From contig OZ024751.1 of NCBI GenBank assembly GCA_964016885.1, positions 2,914,001 to 2,978,000 of the forward strand: a stretch of 64,000 bases of DNA. Reading direction: 5' to 3'. The translations under genes were made by a program, and so were the position numbers. Below the pieces are notes generated by a model. The model was not told where the DNA came from and did not search any database. It saw nothing but the letters and a program-made list of their open reading frames with translations. Shown here piece by piece: positions 12,401-26,851 of the stretch. How positions within the stretch are numbered: position 1 is the first letter of the stretch; every line of letters begins with the position of its first letter. The DNA is from Eledone cirrhosa (lineage: Eukaryota).

Positions 12401-15400
12401 ATGTACGTGTGTGTTTGTCAGAATATAGGGTGAATGTGTTTATGACAAACTGTAGTGTGTGTGTGTCAGACTCTAGTGTGTGTGTGTGTGTTAGACTTAT
12501 GTGTGTGTGTCAGACTATACTGTGTGTGTCAGACTATAGTGTGTATGTCAAAATATAGTGTGTGAGTCAGACTATAGTGTGTGTATGTCAAATTATAGTG
12601 TTTGTATGTCAGACTATGTGTATGTCAGACTATACTGCGTGTGTGTGTCAGACTATAGTGTGTGTGTCAGACTACAGTGTGTGTGTATGACAGAATATAG
12701 TGTGTGTGTTAGACTACAGTGTGTGTATCAGACTATAGTGTGTGTGTCAGATTATAGTATGTGTCAGACTATAGTGTAAGTAAGTCAGACTATAGCGTGT
12801 GTGTGTGTTAGATTATAGGGTGTGTGTCAGACAATAGTGTGTGTGTCAGACTATAGTGCGTGAGTCAGACTATAGTGCGTGGGTGTTAGACTATAGTGTG
12901 TGTATCAGACTATAGTGTGTGTGTCAGAATATAGTGTGTGTGTCGAACTATAAGTGTGTGTGTCAGACTATAGTGTGTGTATCAGACTATAGTATGTCTG
13001 TCAGACTATAGTGTGTGTGTTAGGCTATAGTGTGTGTGAGTGTGTCAGAATATAGTGGGGTGTGTCAAACTATGGTGTGTGTGTCAGACTATAGTGTGTG
13101 TGGCACACTATAGTTTTTTGTGTCAGACGATAGTGTATGTGTGTTTCAGAGTATAGTGTGTGTATGTCAGACTATAGTGTGTGTGTGTGTCAGACTATAG
13201 TGTGTGTGTCAGACTATAGAGTGTGTGTGTGTGTGTCCGACTATAGTGTGTGCATGTCAGACTATAGTGTGCGTAAGTCAGACTATAGTGTGTGTGTCAG
13301 ACTATAGTGTGTGTATGTCTGACTATAGTGTGTGTCAGAATATAGAGTATATGTGTGTCAGACTATAGTGTGTGTATGTCAGAGTATAGTGTGTGCATGT
13401 AAAACTATAGTGTGTGTGTGTCAGACTATAGTGTGTGCATGTCAGACTACAGTGTGTGTGCCAGATTATAGTGTGTGTGTATGTCCGCCTATAGTGTGTG
13501 TATGTCAGTCTATAGTGCGTGTATGTCAGACTATAGTGTGTGTGTCAGACTATATTGTGTCTGACATAATATAGTGTGTGTGTGTCAGACTATAGTGTGT
13601 GTATGTCAGACTACAGTGTGTGTGCCAGATTATAGTGTGTGTGTATGTCCGCCTATAGTGTGTGTATGTCAGTCTATAGTGCGTGTATGTCAGACTATAG
13701 TGTGTGTGTCAGACTATAGTGTGTGTGTATGTCAGACTATAGTGTGTGTATGTCAGACTATAGTGTGTATGTCAGACTATACTGTGTGTATGTCAGACTA
13801 TAGTGTGTATGTCAGACTATAGTGTTTGTGTGTCAGAATCTAGTGTTTGTATGTCAGACTATAGTGTGTGTGTATGTGTCAGTCTATAGTGTGTGTATGT
13901 CAGACAATAATATGTGTGTGTCAGACTATAGTGTGTGTATGTGTCAGATTATAGTGTGTCTGTGTCAGTTTATAGTGTGTGTGTGTGTGTCAGACTATAG
14001 TGTGTGTGTGTCAGGACTATAGTGTGTGTGTCAGTCTATAGTGTGTATGTCAGGCTATAATGTGTATGTCAGACTATACTGTGTGTGTGTGTCAGACTAT
14101 ACTGTGTGTATGTCAGACTATAGTGTGTATGTCAGACTATAGTGTTTGTGTGTCAGAATCTAGTGTTTGTATGTCAGACTATAGTGTGTGTGTGTGTGTG
14201 TCCGTCTATAGTGTGTGTATGTCAGACTATAATATGTGTGTGTCAGACTATAGTGTGTGTATGTGTCAGATTATAGTGTGTCTGTGTCAGTTTATAGTGT
14301 GTGTGTGTGTCAGACTATAGTGGGTGTGTCAGACTATAGTGTGTGTGTCAGTCTATAGGGTGTATATCAGACTATTATGTGTATGTCTGACTATAGTGTG
14401 TGTGTGTCAGACTATAGTTTGTGTGTCAGACTATAGTGTGTATGTCAAAATATAGTATGTGAGTCAGACTATAGTGTGTGTATGTCAGATTATAGTGTTT
14501 GTATGTCAGACTATAGCGTGTGTTTGTCAGACTATATTGTGTGTGTGTGTCAGACTATAGTGTGTGTGTTAGACTATAGTGTGTGTGTCACACTGTAGTG
14601 TGTGTGTCAGTCTATAGTGTGTATGTCAGACTATTATGTGTATGTCAGACTATAGTGTTGTGTGTCAGACTATAGTGTGTGTATGTCAGGACTATAGTGT
14701 GTGTGTCAGTCTATAGTGTGTATGTCAGGCTATAATGTGTATGTCAGACTATACTGTGTGTGTGTGTGTCAGACTATATTGTGTGTGTCACACTACAGTG
14801 TGGGTGTATGACAGAATATAGTGTGTGTGTCAGACTACAGTGTGTTTATCAGATTATAGTGTGTTCGTCAGATTATAGTATGTGTGTCAGACTATAGTGT
14901 TAGTAAGTCAGACTATAGCGTGTGTGTGTTAGATTATAGGGTATGTGTCAGACAATAGTGTGTGTATCAGACTATAGTGTGTATGTCAGAATATAGTGTG
15001 TGTGTCAAACTATAGAGTGTGTGTGTCAGACTATAGTGTGTGTATCAGACTATAGTATGTCTGTCAGACTATAGTGTGTGTGTTAGGCTATAGTGTGTGT
15101 GAGTGTGTCAGCATATAGTGGGGTGTGTCAAACTATGGTGTGTGTGTCAGACTATAGTGTGTGTGTCAGACTATAGTGTGTGTGGCAGACTATAGTTTTT
15201 TGTGTCAGACGATAGTGTATGTGTGTTTCAGAGTATAGTGTGTGTATGTCAAACTATAGTATGTATGTCAGAATATAGTGTGTGTATGTCAGACTATAGT
15301 GTGTGAGTGTGTCAGACTATAGTGCGTGTGACAGACTATAGAGTGTGTGTGTGTGTGTCGGACTATAGTGTGTGTGTGTCAGACTATAGTGTGTGTGTCA

Positions 15401-18400
15401 GACTAAAGTGTGTGTGCATGTCAGACTATAGTGTGTATGTGTTAGACGATAGTGTGTGTGTCAGACTATAGTGTGTGTGTGTGTCAGACTATAGTGTGTG
15501 TGTCAGACTATAGTGTGTGTATGTCAGATTATAGTGTATGTGTCAGACTATAGTGTGTGTGTCAGACTATACTGTGTGTGTGTTAGACTATATTGTGTGT
15601 GACAGACTATAGTGTGTGTGTCAGACTATAGTGTGTGTGTGTTAGACTATAGTGTGTATGACATACTATAGTGTGTGTGTATGTCAGACTCTAGTGTGTG
15701 TGTCAGACTATAGTGTGTCTGTCAGATTATACTATGTGTGTCAGTCTATAGTGTGTGTCAGACTATAGTGTTTATGTTAGACTATAGTGTGTGTGTGTGT
15801 CAAACTATAGTGTGTGTGCGGGAGACTATAGTGTGTGTGTGTGTCAGACTATACTGTTTGTGTGGCAGACTATAGTGTCTGTGTGTGTCAGACTATAGTG
15901 TGTGTGTGTCAGACTATAGTGTGTGCGTAAGACTATAGTGTGTGTGTGTGTGAGACTATAGTTATATGTGTGTCAGACTATAGTATGTGTGTGTCAGACT
16001 ATAGTGTGTGTATCTCTGACTATAGTGTGTATGTGTGTCAGACTATAGTGTGTTTGCATGTCAGACTATAGTGTATATGGGTGTCAGACTATAGTGTGTG
16101 TGTCAGATTATAGTGTGTGTATGTCAGACTATAGTGTGTGTGTCAGAATATAGTATGTGTATGTCAGACTATACTATGTGTGTGTCAGACTATAGTGTGC
16201 GTAAGTCAGACTATGATGTTTGTGTCAAACTATAGAGTGTGTGTGTGTATGTGTCAGACTATATTGTGTATGTCAGAATATAGTGTGTATGTTAGACTAT
16301 AGTGTGTGTGTCAGTCTATAATGTGTGTATGTCAGACTATAGTATGTGTGTGTCAGACTATAGTGTGCGTAAGTCAGACTATAATGTGTGTGTCAGATTA
16401 TAGAGTGTGTGAGTGTCATACTATAGTGTGTATGTCAGATTATAGTGTGTATGTCAGACTACAGTCTGTTTGTGTCAGAATATAATGTGTGTCAGACTAT
16501 AGTGTGTGTGTCAGAATATAGTGTGTGTGTGTCAGACTATGGCGTGTGTGTGTCAGACAATAGTGTGTCTATCAGACTATAGAGTGTGTGTGTGTGTGGT
16601 AGTCTATAGTGTATGTATGTCAGACTATAGTGTGTATGTCAGACTATAGAGTGTGTCTCAGACTATAGTGTGTGTGTGTGTTAGACTATAGTGTGTGTGA
16701 CATACTATAGTGTGTGTGTATGTCAGACTCTAGTGTGTGTGTCAGACTATAGGGTGTGTGTCAGACTATATTGTGTGTGTCAGAGTATAGTGTATCTGTG
16801 TGTCCGACTATAGTGTGTGTGTCAGACTATAGTGTGTGATTGTCAGACTAAAGTGTGTGTATTTCAGACTATAGTGTGTGTGTCAGACTATAGTTTGTGT
16901 GTGTCAGACTATAGTGTGTGTGATAGACTATAGTGTGTGTGTCAGATTATAGTGTGTGTGTCAGACTATAGAGTGTGTGTCAGAATATAGTGTGTGTTTC
17001 AGACTATAGTGTATATGTGTGTCAGACTATAATGTGCGTATGTCAGACTATAGTGTGTGTGTGTCAGACTATAGTGATTGTGTCAGATTATAGTGTGTGT
17101 GTGTTTCAGACAAGAGTGTGTGTGTGTGTCAGACTATAGTGTGTGTGTCAGACTATAGTGTGTGTGTGTCAGACTATAGCGTATATGTGTGTCAGACTAT
17201 AGCGTGTGTGTGTCAGACTATAGTGTGAGTGTGTCAGACTATAGTGTGTATGTGTGTCAGACTATCGTGTGTGCATGTCAAACTATAGTGTGTGCATGTC
17301 AGACTATTCTGTCTGTGTCAGACTTTAGTGTGTGTGTGTGTCAGACTATAGTGGGTGTCTCTCAGACTATAGTGTGCGTAAGTCAGACTATAGTGTGTCT
17401 GTAAGACTATAGTGTGTGTGTCAGATTAAAATGTGTGTATGTCAGACTCTAGTGTGTGTGTGTTAGACTATAGTGTGTATGTATGTCAGACTATAGTGTA
17501 TATGGGTGTCAGACTATAATGTGTGTGTCAGATTGTAGTGTGTGTATGTCAGACTATAGTTTGTGTGTCAGAATATGGTGTGTGTATGTCAGGCTATAGT
17601 GTGTGTGTGTCAGACTGTAGTGTGTGTATGTCAGTCTATAGTGTGCGTGTATGTCAGGCTATAGAGTGCGTAAGTCAGAGTATAATGTGTGTGTGAGACT
17701 ATAGAGTGTGTGTGTCAGACTATAGTGTGTATGTCAGACTATAGTGTGTGCGTCAGACTATGGTGCGTGTGTCAGATTATAGTGTGTGTATCGGACAATA
17801 GTGTGTGTGTCAGAATATAGTGTGTGTGTCAGACTAGTGTGTGTCTGTCAGACTATAGAGTGGGTGTGTGCGTGTTAGTTTTATAGTGTGTGTGTGTGTG
17901 TCAGACTATAGTGTGAGTGTCAGACTATAGTGTGTGTGTGTGTCAGACAATAGCCTGTGTGGCAGACTATAGTGTGTGTGTATGTCAGACTCTAGTGTGT
18001 GTGTCAGACAAGAGTGTATCTGTCAGATTATAGTGTGTGTGTCCGACTATAGTGTGTGTGTCAGACTATAGTGTGTGTATGTCAGACTATAGTGTGTGTG
18101 TGTCAGACTATAGTATGTGTGTGTCAGACTATAGTGTGTGTGTCAGACTATAGTGTGTGTGTGTGTGTCAGACTATAGTGTGTGTATGTCAGACTATAGT
18201 GTGTATATCAGAATATAGTGTGTGATTGTCAGACTGTAGTGTGTGTATGTCAGACTATAGTGTGTGTGTCAGACTATAGTGTGTGTGTCAGACTATAGTG
18301 TGTGTGTTAGAATATAGTGTGTGTGTTAGACTATAGTGTGTGTGTGTGTCAGACTATAATGTGCGTATGTCAGACTATAGTGTGTGTATATCAGATTATA

Positions 18401-21400
18401 GTGTGTGTGTGTCTGACTAGAGTGTGTGTGTGTCTCAGACTATAGTGTGTGTGTGTATGTGTATGTCAGACTATAGTGTGTGTGTCAGAGTATAGTGTGT
18501 GTGTGTCAAACTATAGTGTATATGTGTGTCAGACTATAGTGTGTGTGTGTGAGACTATAGTGTGCGTATCTCTAACTATAATGTGTGTGTCAGACTATAG
18601 TTTTATGTCAGACTATAGTGTGTGTGTGTCAGACTATAGTATGTGTGTGTCAGACTATAGTGTGTGTGTGTCAGACTATAGTGTGTGTGTGTGTGTCAGA
18701 CTATAGTGTGTGTCTCTCAGACTATAGTGTGCTTAAGCCAGACTATAGTGTGTCTGTAAGTCTATAGTGTGTGTGTCAGATTATAGTGTGTGTATGTCAG
18801 ACTATAGTGTGTGTGTGTTAGACTATAGTGTGTCTGTGTGTCGACTATTGTGTGTGCTTGTCAGACTATAATGTGTGTCAGACTATAGTGTATATGGGTG
18901 TCAGACTATAGTGTGTGTGTCAGATTATAGTGTGTGTATGTCAGACTATAGTGTGTGTGTGTCAGACTATAGTGTGTATATGTCAGTCTATAATGTGTGT
19001 GTGTGTGTCAGACTATAGTGTGTGTAAGTCAGAATATAATGTGTGTGAGACTATAGAGCGTGTGTGTGTGAGACTATAGTGGTTATGTCAGACTATAGTG
19101 TGTGCGTCAGACTATGGTGCATGTGCCAGAATATAGTGTGTATATCAGACAATTGTGTGTGTGCCAGAATATAGTGTGTGTGTCAGTCTATGGTGTGTTT
19201 GTCAGACTATAGAGTGGGTGTGTGCGTGTTAGTCTATAGTGTGTGTGTGTGTCAGACTATAGTGTGAGTGTCAGACTATAGTGTGTGTGTGTGTCAGACA
19301 ATAGCCTGTGTGGCAGACTATAGTGTGTGTGTATGTCAGACTCTAGTGTGTGTGTCAGACAAGAGTGTATCTGTCAGATTATAGTGTGTGTGTCCGACTA
19401 TAGTGTGTGTGTCAGACTATAGTGTGTGTATGTCAGACTATAGTGTGTGTGTGTCAGACTATAGTATGTGTGTGTCAGACTATAGTGTGTGTGTCAGACT
19501 ATAGTGTGTGTGTGTGTGTCAGACTATAGTGTGTGTATGTCAGACTATAGTGTGTATATCAGAATATAGTGTGTGATTGTCAGACTGTAGTGTGTGTATG
19601 TCAGACTATAGTGTGTGTGTCAGACTATAGTGTGTGTGTCAGACTATAGTGTGTGTGTTAGAATATAGTGTGTGTGTTAGACTATAGTGTGTGTGTGTGT
19701 CAGACTATAATGTGCGTATGTCAGACTATAGTGTGTGTATATCAGATTATAGTGTGTGTGTGTCTGACTAGAGTGTGTGTGTGTCTCAGACTATAGTGTG
19801 TGTGTGTATGTGTATGTCAGACTATAGTGTGTGTGTCAGAGTATAGTGTGTGTGTGTCAAACTATAGTGTATATGTGTGTCAGACTATAGTGTGTGTGTG
19901 TGAGACTATAGTGTGCGTATCTCTAACTATAATGTGTGTGTCAGACTATAGTTTTATGTCAGACTATAGTGTGTGTGTGTCAGACTATAGTATGTGTGTG
20001 TCAGACTATAGTGTGTGTGTGTCAGACTATAGTGTGTGTGTGTGTGTCAGACTATAGTGTGTGTCTCTCAGACTATAGTGTGCTTAAGCCAGACTATAGT
20101 GTGTCTGTAAGTCTATAGTGTGTGTGTCAGATTATAGTGTGTGTATGTCAGACTATAGTGTGTGTGTGTTAGACTATAGTGTGTCTGTGTGTCGACTATT
20201 GTGTGTGCTTGTCAGACTATAATGTGTGTCAGACTATAGTGTATATGGGTGTCAGACTATAGTGTGTGTGTCAGATTATAGTGTGTGTATGTCAGACTAT
20301 AGTGTGTGTGTGTCAGACTATAGTGTGTATATGTCAGTCTATAATGTGTGTGTGTGTGTCAGACTATAGTGTGTGTAAGTCAGAATATAATGTGTGTGAG
20401 ACTATAGAGCGTGTGTGTGTGAGACTATAGTGGTTATGTCAGACTATAGTGTGTGCGTCAGACTATGGTGCATGTGCCAGAATATAGTGTGTATATCAGA
20501 CAATTGTGTGTGTGCCAGAATATAGTGTGTGTGTCAGTCTATGGTGTGTTTGTCAGACTATAGAGTGGGTGTGTGCGTGTTAGTCTATAGTGTGTGTGTG
20601 TGTCAGACTATAGTGTGAGTGTCAGACTATAGTGTGTGTCAGTCTATAATGTGTGTGTGTCAGACTATAGCGTGTGTGGCAGACTCTAATGTGTGTGTCA
20701 GACTAGAGTGTATCTGTCAGACTATAGTGTGTGTGTCCGACTATTGTGTGTGTGTCAGACTATAGTGTGTGTATGTCAGACTATAGTGTGTGTGTGTCAG
20801 ACTATAGTATGTGTTTGTTAGACTATAGTGTGTGTGTGTTTCAGACTATAGTGTGTGTATGTCTGACTATAATGTGTGTGTCAGACTGTAGTGTTTGTAT
20901 GTCAGACTATAGTGTGTGTGTGTCAGACTATAGTGTGTGTGTGGCAGACTATAGTGTGTGTGTGTGTCAGACTATAATGTGTGTGTGTGTGTCAGACTAT
21001 AGTGTGTGTGTCAGACTATAGTGTATGTGTCAGACAATATTTTGTGTGTCAGACTATAGTGTGTGTGTCAGACTATAGTGTATGTGTCAGACAATATTGT
21101 GTGTGTCAGACTATAGTGTGTGTCAGACTGTAGTGTGTGTGTCAGACTATTGTGTGTGTGTATGTCAGACTTTAGTGCGTGTGTATGTAAAACAATAATG
21201 TGTGTATGTCTGACTATAGTGTGTGTGCTTCAGACTATAGTGTGTATGTGTGTCAGACTATAGTGTATATGTGTGTCAGACTATAGTGTGTGTGTGTTAG
21301 ACTACAGTGTGTGTGTGTATGTCAGAATATAGTGTGAGTGTCACACTATATTGTGTGTGTCAGAGTATAGTGTATGTGTGTCCGACTATAGTGTGTGTGT

Positions 21401-24400
21401 CAGTCTATAGTGTCTGATTGTCAGAATAAAGTGTGTGTATTTCAGACTATAGTGTGTGTGTCAGACTATAGTGTGTGTGTGTCAGACTATAGTGTGTGTG
21501 TCAGACTATATGGTGTGATTGTCAGACTATGGTGTGTGTGTCAGACTATAGTGTGTATGTCAGACTATAGAGTGTGATTGTCAGACTATAGTGTGTGTAT
21601 GTCAGACTATAGTGCGTGTGTCAGACTATAGTGTGTGTGATAGACTATAGTGTGTGTGTCAGATTATAGTGTGTGTGTCAGACTATAGAGTGTGTGTCAG
21701 AATATAGTGTGTGCGTCAGACTATAGTGTATGTGTGTGTCAGACTATAATGTGCGTATGTCAGACTATAGTGTGTGTGTGTCAGACTATAGTGTGTGTGT
21801 CAGACTATAATGTGCGTATGTCAGACTATAGTGTGTGTGTGTCAGACTATAGTGTGTGTGTCAGACTATAGTGTGTGTGTGTTTCAGACAAGAGTGTGTG
21901 TGTGTGTCAGACGATAGTGTGTGTGTCAGACTATAGTGTGTGTGTGTCAAACTATAGTGTATATGTGTGTCAGACTATAGCGTGTGTGTGTCAGACTATA
22001 GTGTGTGTGTTTCAGACTATAGTGTGTATGTGTGTCAGACTATCGTGTGTGCATGTCAGACTATAGTGTGTGTTTCAGACTATAGTGTGTGTTTCAGACT
22101 ATAGTGTATATGTGTGTCAGACTATAGTGTCTGTATGTCAGACTATAGTGTGTGCATGTCCGACTATTCTGTGTGTGTCAGACTGTAGTGTGTGTGTGTG
22201 TCAGACTATAGTGGGTGTCTCTCAGCCTATAGTGTGCGTAAGTCAGACTATAGTGTGTCTGTAAGACTATAGTGTGTGTGTCAGATTATAGTGTGTGTAT
22301 GTCAGACTCTAGTGTGTGTGTGTTAGACTATAGTGTGTATGTATGTCAGACTATTGTGTGTGCATGTCAGACTATAATGTATGTCAGACTATAGTATATA
22401 TATGTGTCAGACTATAATGTGTGTGTCACATTATAGTGTGTGTATGTCAGACTATAGTATGTGTGTCAGAATATGGTGTGTGTATGTCAGGCTATAGTGT
22501 GTGCGTGTCAGACTATAGTGTGTGTATGTCAGACTATAGTGTGTGCATGTCAGGCTATAGTGTGTGTGTGTTAGACTGTAGTGTGTGTATGTCAGTCTAT
22601 TGTGTGTGTGTGTGTCAGACTATAGAGTGGGTGTGTGCGTGTTATTCTAGAGAGTGTGTGTGTGTCAGACTATAGTGTGAGTGTCAGACTATAGTGTGTG
22701 TCAGAATATAGTGTGTGTGTGTGTCAGACTCTAGTGTGTGTGTCCGACTATAGTGTGTGTGTCAGACTATAGTGTGTGTATGTCAGACTATAGTGTGTGT
22801 GTGTCAGACTATAGTATGTGTGTGTCAGACTATAGTGTGTGTATGTCAGACTATTGGGTGTGTGTCAGACTATAGAGTGTGATTGTCAGACTATAGTATG
22901 TGTATGTCAGACTATAGTGTGTGTATCAGACTATAGTGTGTATATCAGACTATAGTGTGTGTATGTCAGACTATAGTGTGTGTGTCTGACTATAGTGTGT
23001 GTGGCAGACTATAGTGTGTGTGTATGTCAGACTCTAGTGTGTGTGTCAGACTAGAGTGTATCTGTCAGATTATAGTTTGTGTGTCCAAATATAGTGTGTG
23101 TGTCAGACTATAGTGTGGGTATGTCAGTGTATAGTGTGTGTGTGTCAGACTATAGTATGTGTGTGTCAGACTATAGTGTGTGTGTCAGACTATAGTGTGT
23201 GTGTGTGTCAGACTACAGTGTGCGTATGTCAGACTATAGTGTGTGTGTCAGACTATAGCGTGTGATTGTCAGACTATAGTATGTGTATGTCAGAATATAG
23301 TGTGTGTATCAGACTATCGTGTGTATATCAGACTATAGTGTGTGATTGTCAGACTGTAGTGTGTGTATGTGAGACTATAGTGTGTGTGTCAGACTATAGT
23401 GTGTGTGTCAGACTATAGTGTGTTTGTCAGACTATAGTGTGTGTGTGTGTGTCAGACTATAATGTGCGTATGTCAGACTATAGTGTGTGTATATCAGATT
23501 ATAGTGTGTTTGTCAGACTAGAGTGTGTGTGTGTCTCAGACTATAGTGTGTGTGTGTATGTGTATGTCAGACTATAGTGTGTGTCAGACTATAGTGTGTG
23601 TCAGACTATAGTGTGTGTGTGTCAGGCTATGGTGTGCCTGTCAGACTATAGAGTGGGTGTGTGCGTGTTAGTCTAGAGAGTGTGTGTGTGTCAGACTATA
23701 GTGTGAGTGTCAGACTATAGTGTGTGTCAGAATATAGTGTGTGTGTGTGTCAGACTCTAGTGTGTGTGTCCGACTATAGTGTGTGTGTCAGACTATAGTG
23801 TGTGTATGTCAGACTATAGTGTGTGTGTGTCAGACTATAGTATGTGTGTGTCAGACTATAGTGTGTGTGTCAGACTATAGTGTGTGTGTGTGTCAGACTA
23901 TAGTGTGTGTATGTCAGACTATTGGGTGTGTGTCAGACTATAGAGTGTGATTGTCAGACTATAGTATGTGTATGTCAGACTATAGTGTGTGTATCAGACT
24001 ATAGTGTGTATATCAGACTATAGTGTGTGTATGTCAGACTATAGTGTGTGTGTCTGACTATAGTGTGTGTGGCAGACTATAGTGTGTGTGTATGTCAGAC
24101 TCTAGTGTGTGTGTCAGACTAGAGTGTATCTGTCAGATTATAGTTTGTGTGTCCGACTATAGTGTGTGTGTCAGACTATAGTGTGGGTATGTCAGTGTAT
24201 AGTGTGTGTGTGTCAGACTATAGTATGTGTGTGTCAGACTATAGTGTGTGTGTCAGACTATAGTGTGTGTGTGTGTCAGACTACAGCGTGCGTATGTCAG
24301 ACTATAGTGTGTGTGTCAGACTATAGCGTGTTATTGTCAGACTATAGTATGTGTATGTCAGACAATAGTGTGTGTATCAGACTATCGTGTGTATATCAGA

Positions 24401-26600
24401 CTATAGTGTGTGATTGTCAGACTGTAGTGTGTGTATGTGAGACTATAGTGTGTGTGTCAGACTATAGTGTGTGTGTCAGACTATAGTGTGTGTGTCAGAC
24501 TATAGTGTGTGTGTGTGTGTCAGACTATAGAAAGTGTGTGTGTGTGTCAGACTATAGTGGTTATGTCAGACTATAGTGTGTGCGTCAGACTATGGTGCGT
24601 GTGTCAGACTATAGTGTGTGTATCAGACAATAGTGTGTGTGTCAGAATATAGTGTGTGTGTCAGTCTATGGTGTGTTTGTCAGACTATAGATTGGTTGTG
24701 TGTGTGCTAGTCTATAGTGTGTGTGTGTGTCAGACTATAGTGTGAGTGTCAGACTATAGTGTGTGTCTGTCTATAGTGTGTGTGTGTCAGACTATAGCGT
24801 GTGTGGCAGACTCTAGTGTGTGTATGTCAGACTATAGTGTGTGTGTGTCAGACTATAGTATGTGTGTGTCAGACTATAGTGTGTGTGTGTTTCAGACTAT
24901 AGTGTGTGTATGTCTGACTATAATGTGTGTGTCAGACTATAGTGTTTGTATGTCAGACTATAGTGTGTTTGTGTCAGACTATAGTGTGTGTGTGTTTCAG
25001 ACTATAGTGTGTGTGTGGCAGACTATAGTGTGTGCGTGTGTCAGACTATAATGTGTGTATGTGTGTCAGACTATAGTGTGTGTGTATGTCAGATTATAGT
25101 GCGTGTGTATGTAAGACTATAGTGTGTGTATGTCTGACTATAGTGTGTGTGCGTAAGACTATAGTGTGTATGTGTGTCAGACTATAGTGTATATGTGTGT
25201 CAGACTATAGTGTGTGTATGTCAGACTATAGTGTATGTGTGTATGTCAGACTATAGTGTGTGTGTCAGCCTATAGTGTGATTGTCAGACTATAGTGTGTG
25301 TATGTCAGACTATAGTGTGTGTGTCATGCTATAGTGTGTGATTGTCAGACTATAGTGTGTGATTGTCAGACTATAGTGTGTGTATGTCAGACAATAGTGT
25401 GTGTGTCAGACTATAGAGTGTGATTGTCAGACTATAGTGTGTGTATGTCATACTATAGTGTGTGTGTCAGTTTATAGTGTATGTGTGCAGACTATAGTGT
25501 GTGTCTCAGACTATATTGTTTGATTGTCAGACTATAGTGTGTGTATGTCAGACTATAGTGTGTGGTTGTCAGACTACTGTGTGTGTATGTCAGACTATAG
25601 TGTGCGTGTCAGACTATAGTGTGTGTGTGTCAGATTATAATGTGTGTATGTCAGACTATAGTGTGTGTGTCAGAATATAGGGTAAAATGTCAGGCTATAG
25701 TGTGTGTGTGTCAGACTATAGTGTGTGTGTGTAAGACTATAGTGTGCGTAAGTCAGACTATAATGTGTGTGTGAGACTATAGAATGTGTGTGTGTGTGTC
25801 AGACTATAGTGTGTGCATGTCAGACTATAGTGTGTGTGTCAGACTATAGTGTGTGTGTGTCAGACTATAGGGTGTGTGTCAGACTTTAGTGTGTGTGTAT
25901 GTCAGACTATAGTGCGTGTGTATGTAAGACTGTAGTATGTGTATGTCTGACTATAGTGTGTGTGTGTGTGCGTAAGACTATAGTGTGTATGTGTGTCAGA
26001 CTATAGTGTATATGTGTGTCAGACTATAGTGTGTATATGTCAGACTATAGTGTGTGTGTGTATGTCAGACTATAGTGTGTGTGTCAGCCTATAGTGTGAT
26101 TGTCAGACTATAGTGTGTGTATGTCAGACTATAGTGTGTGTGTCAGTCTATAGTGTTTGATTGTCAGACCATAGTGTGTGATTGTCAGACTATAGTGTGT
26201 GTATGTCAGACTATAGTGTGTGTGTCAGACTATAGAGTGTGATTGTCAGACTATAGTGTGTGTATGTCATACTATAGTGTGTGTGTCAGACTACAGTGTG
26301 TGTCTCAGACTATATTGTTTGATTGTCAGACTATAGTGTGTGTATGTCAGACTATAGTGTGTGTGTCAGACTATAGTGTGTGTATGTCAGACTATAGTGT
26401 GTGTGTCAGACTATAGTGTGTGTGTGTCAGACTATAGTGTGTGTGTCAGACTATAGTGTGTGTGTGTGTCAGACTATAGTGTGTGTGTCAGAATATAGTG
26501 TGTCTGTCAGACTATAGTGTGTGTCTGTGTCAGACTATAGTGTGCGTATGTCAGACTATATTGTGTCTGTCAGACTATAGTGTGTGTATGTCAGTCTGCC
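12401..26600. repeat. Satellite with unit GTCAGACTATAGT(GT)n, ~18-28 bp, ~14 kb array
   Basis: Hundreds of copies of TCAGACTATAGT, which contains the palindrome ACTATAGT, separated by variable (GT)n/GTAT. kb-scale higher-order duplications are visible. Confidence 0.98.
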
Positions 26601-26851
26601 TGTTTGTCTGTTGATCTTTCTTCATTACTTAGTTATTTTCCCACAGCTTTCTGCCTGCCTGCCTGTCTGTCTGTCGTTGATAGTAGACGTCTTACACATC
26701 GGCTCGTCGATTTTGAATCTTTACTTGGTTATTTGTGAGTGTATTATTTAAATTATTTTACTATTGTTGACTCTAACCCCTCGTCTGGTACTGTAGACTT
26801 AGGGTAAATATATTTTCGCCCCTTTTGGGGTGAAAAAATATTTAATTCAAA

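Noticed and set aside
12558-25051. Cys-rich CVCQTIV/SDYSV ORFs as metallothionein- or keratin-associated-like genes
   Set aside because: They are translations of the GT satellite; frames open and close with 2-bp spacer changes.
12401-26600. CRISPR-like array (constant repeat with variable spacers)
   Set aside because: The spacers are only (GT)n length variants, not unique sequences; there are no cas genes and the context is eukaryotic.
12401-26600. Similarity of GACTATAG to phage SP6/T7 promoter ends, or vector contamination
   Set aside because: Only the short CTATAG core matches; the upstream promoter bases are absent.
1-26600. True telomeric repeat
   Set aside because: There are no (TTAGGG)n arrays; G/T skew alone is not sufficient.
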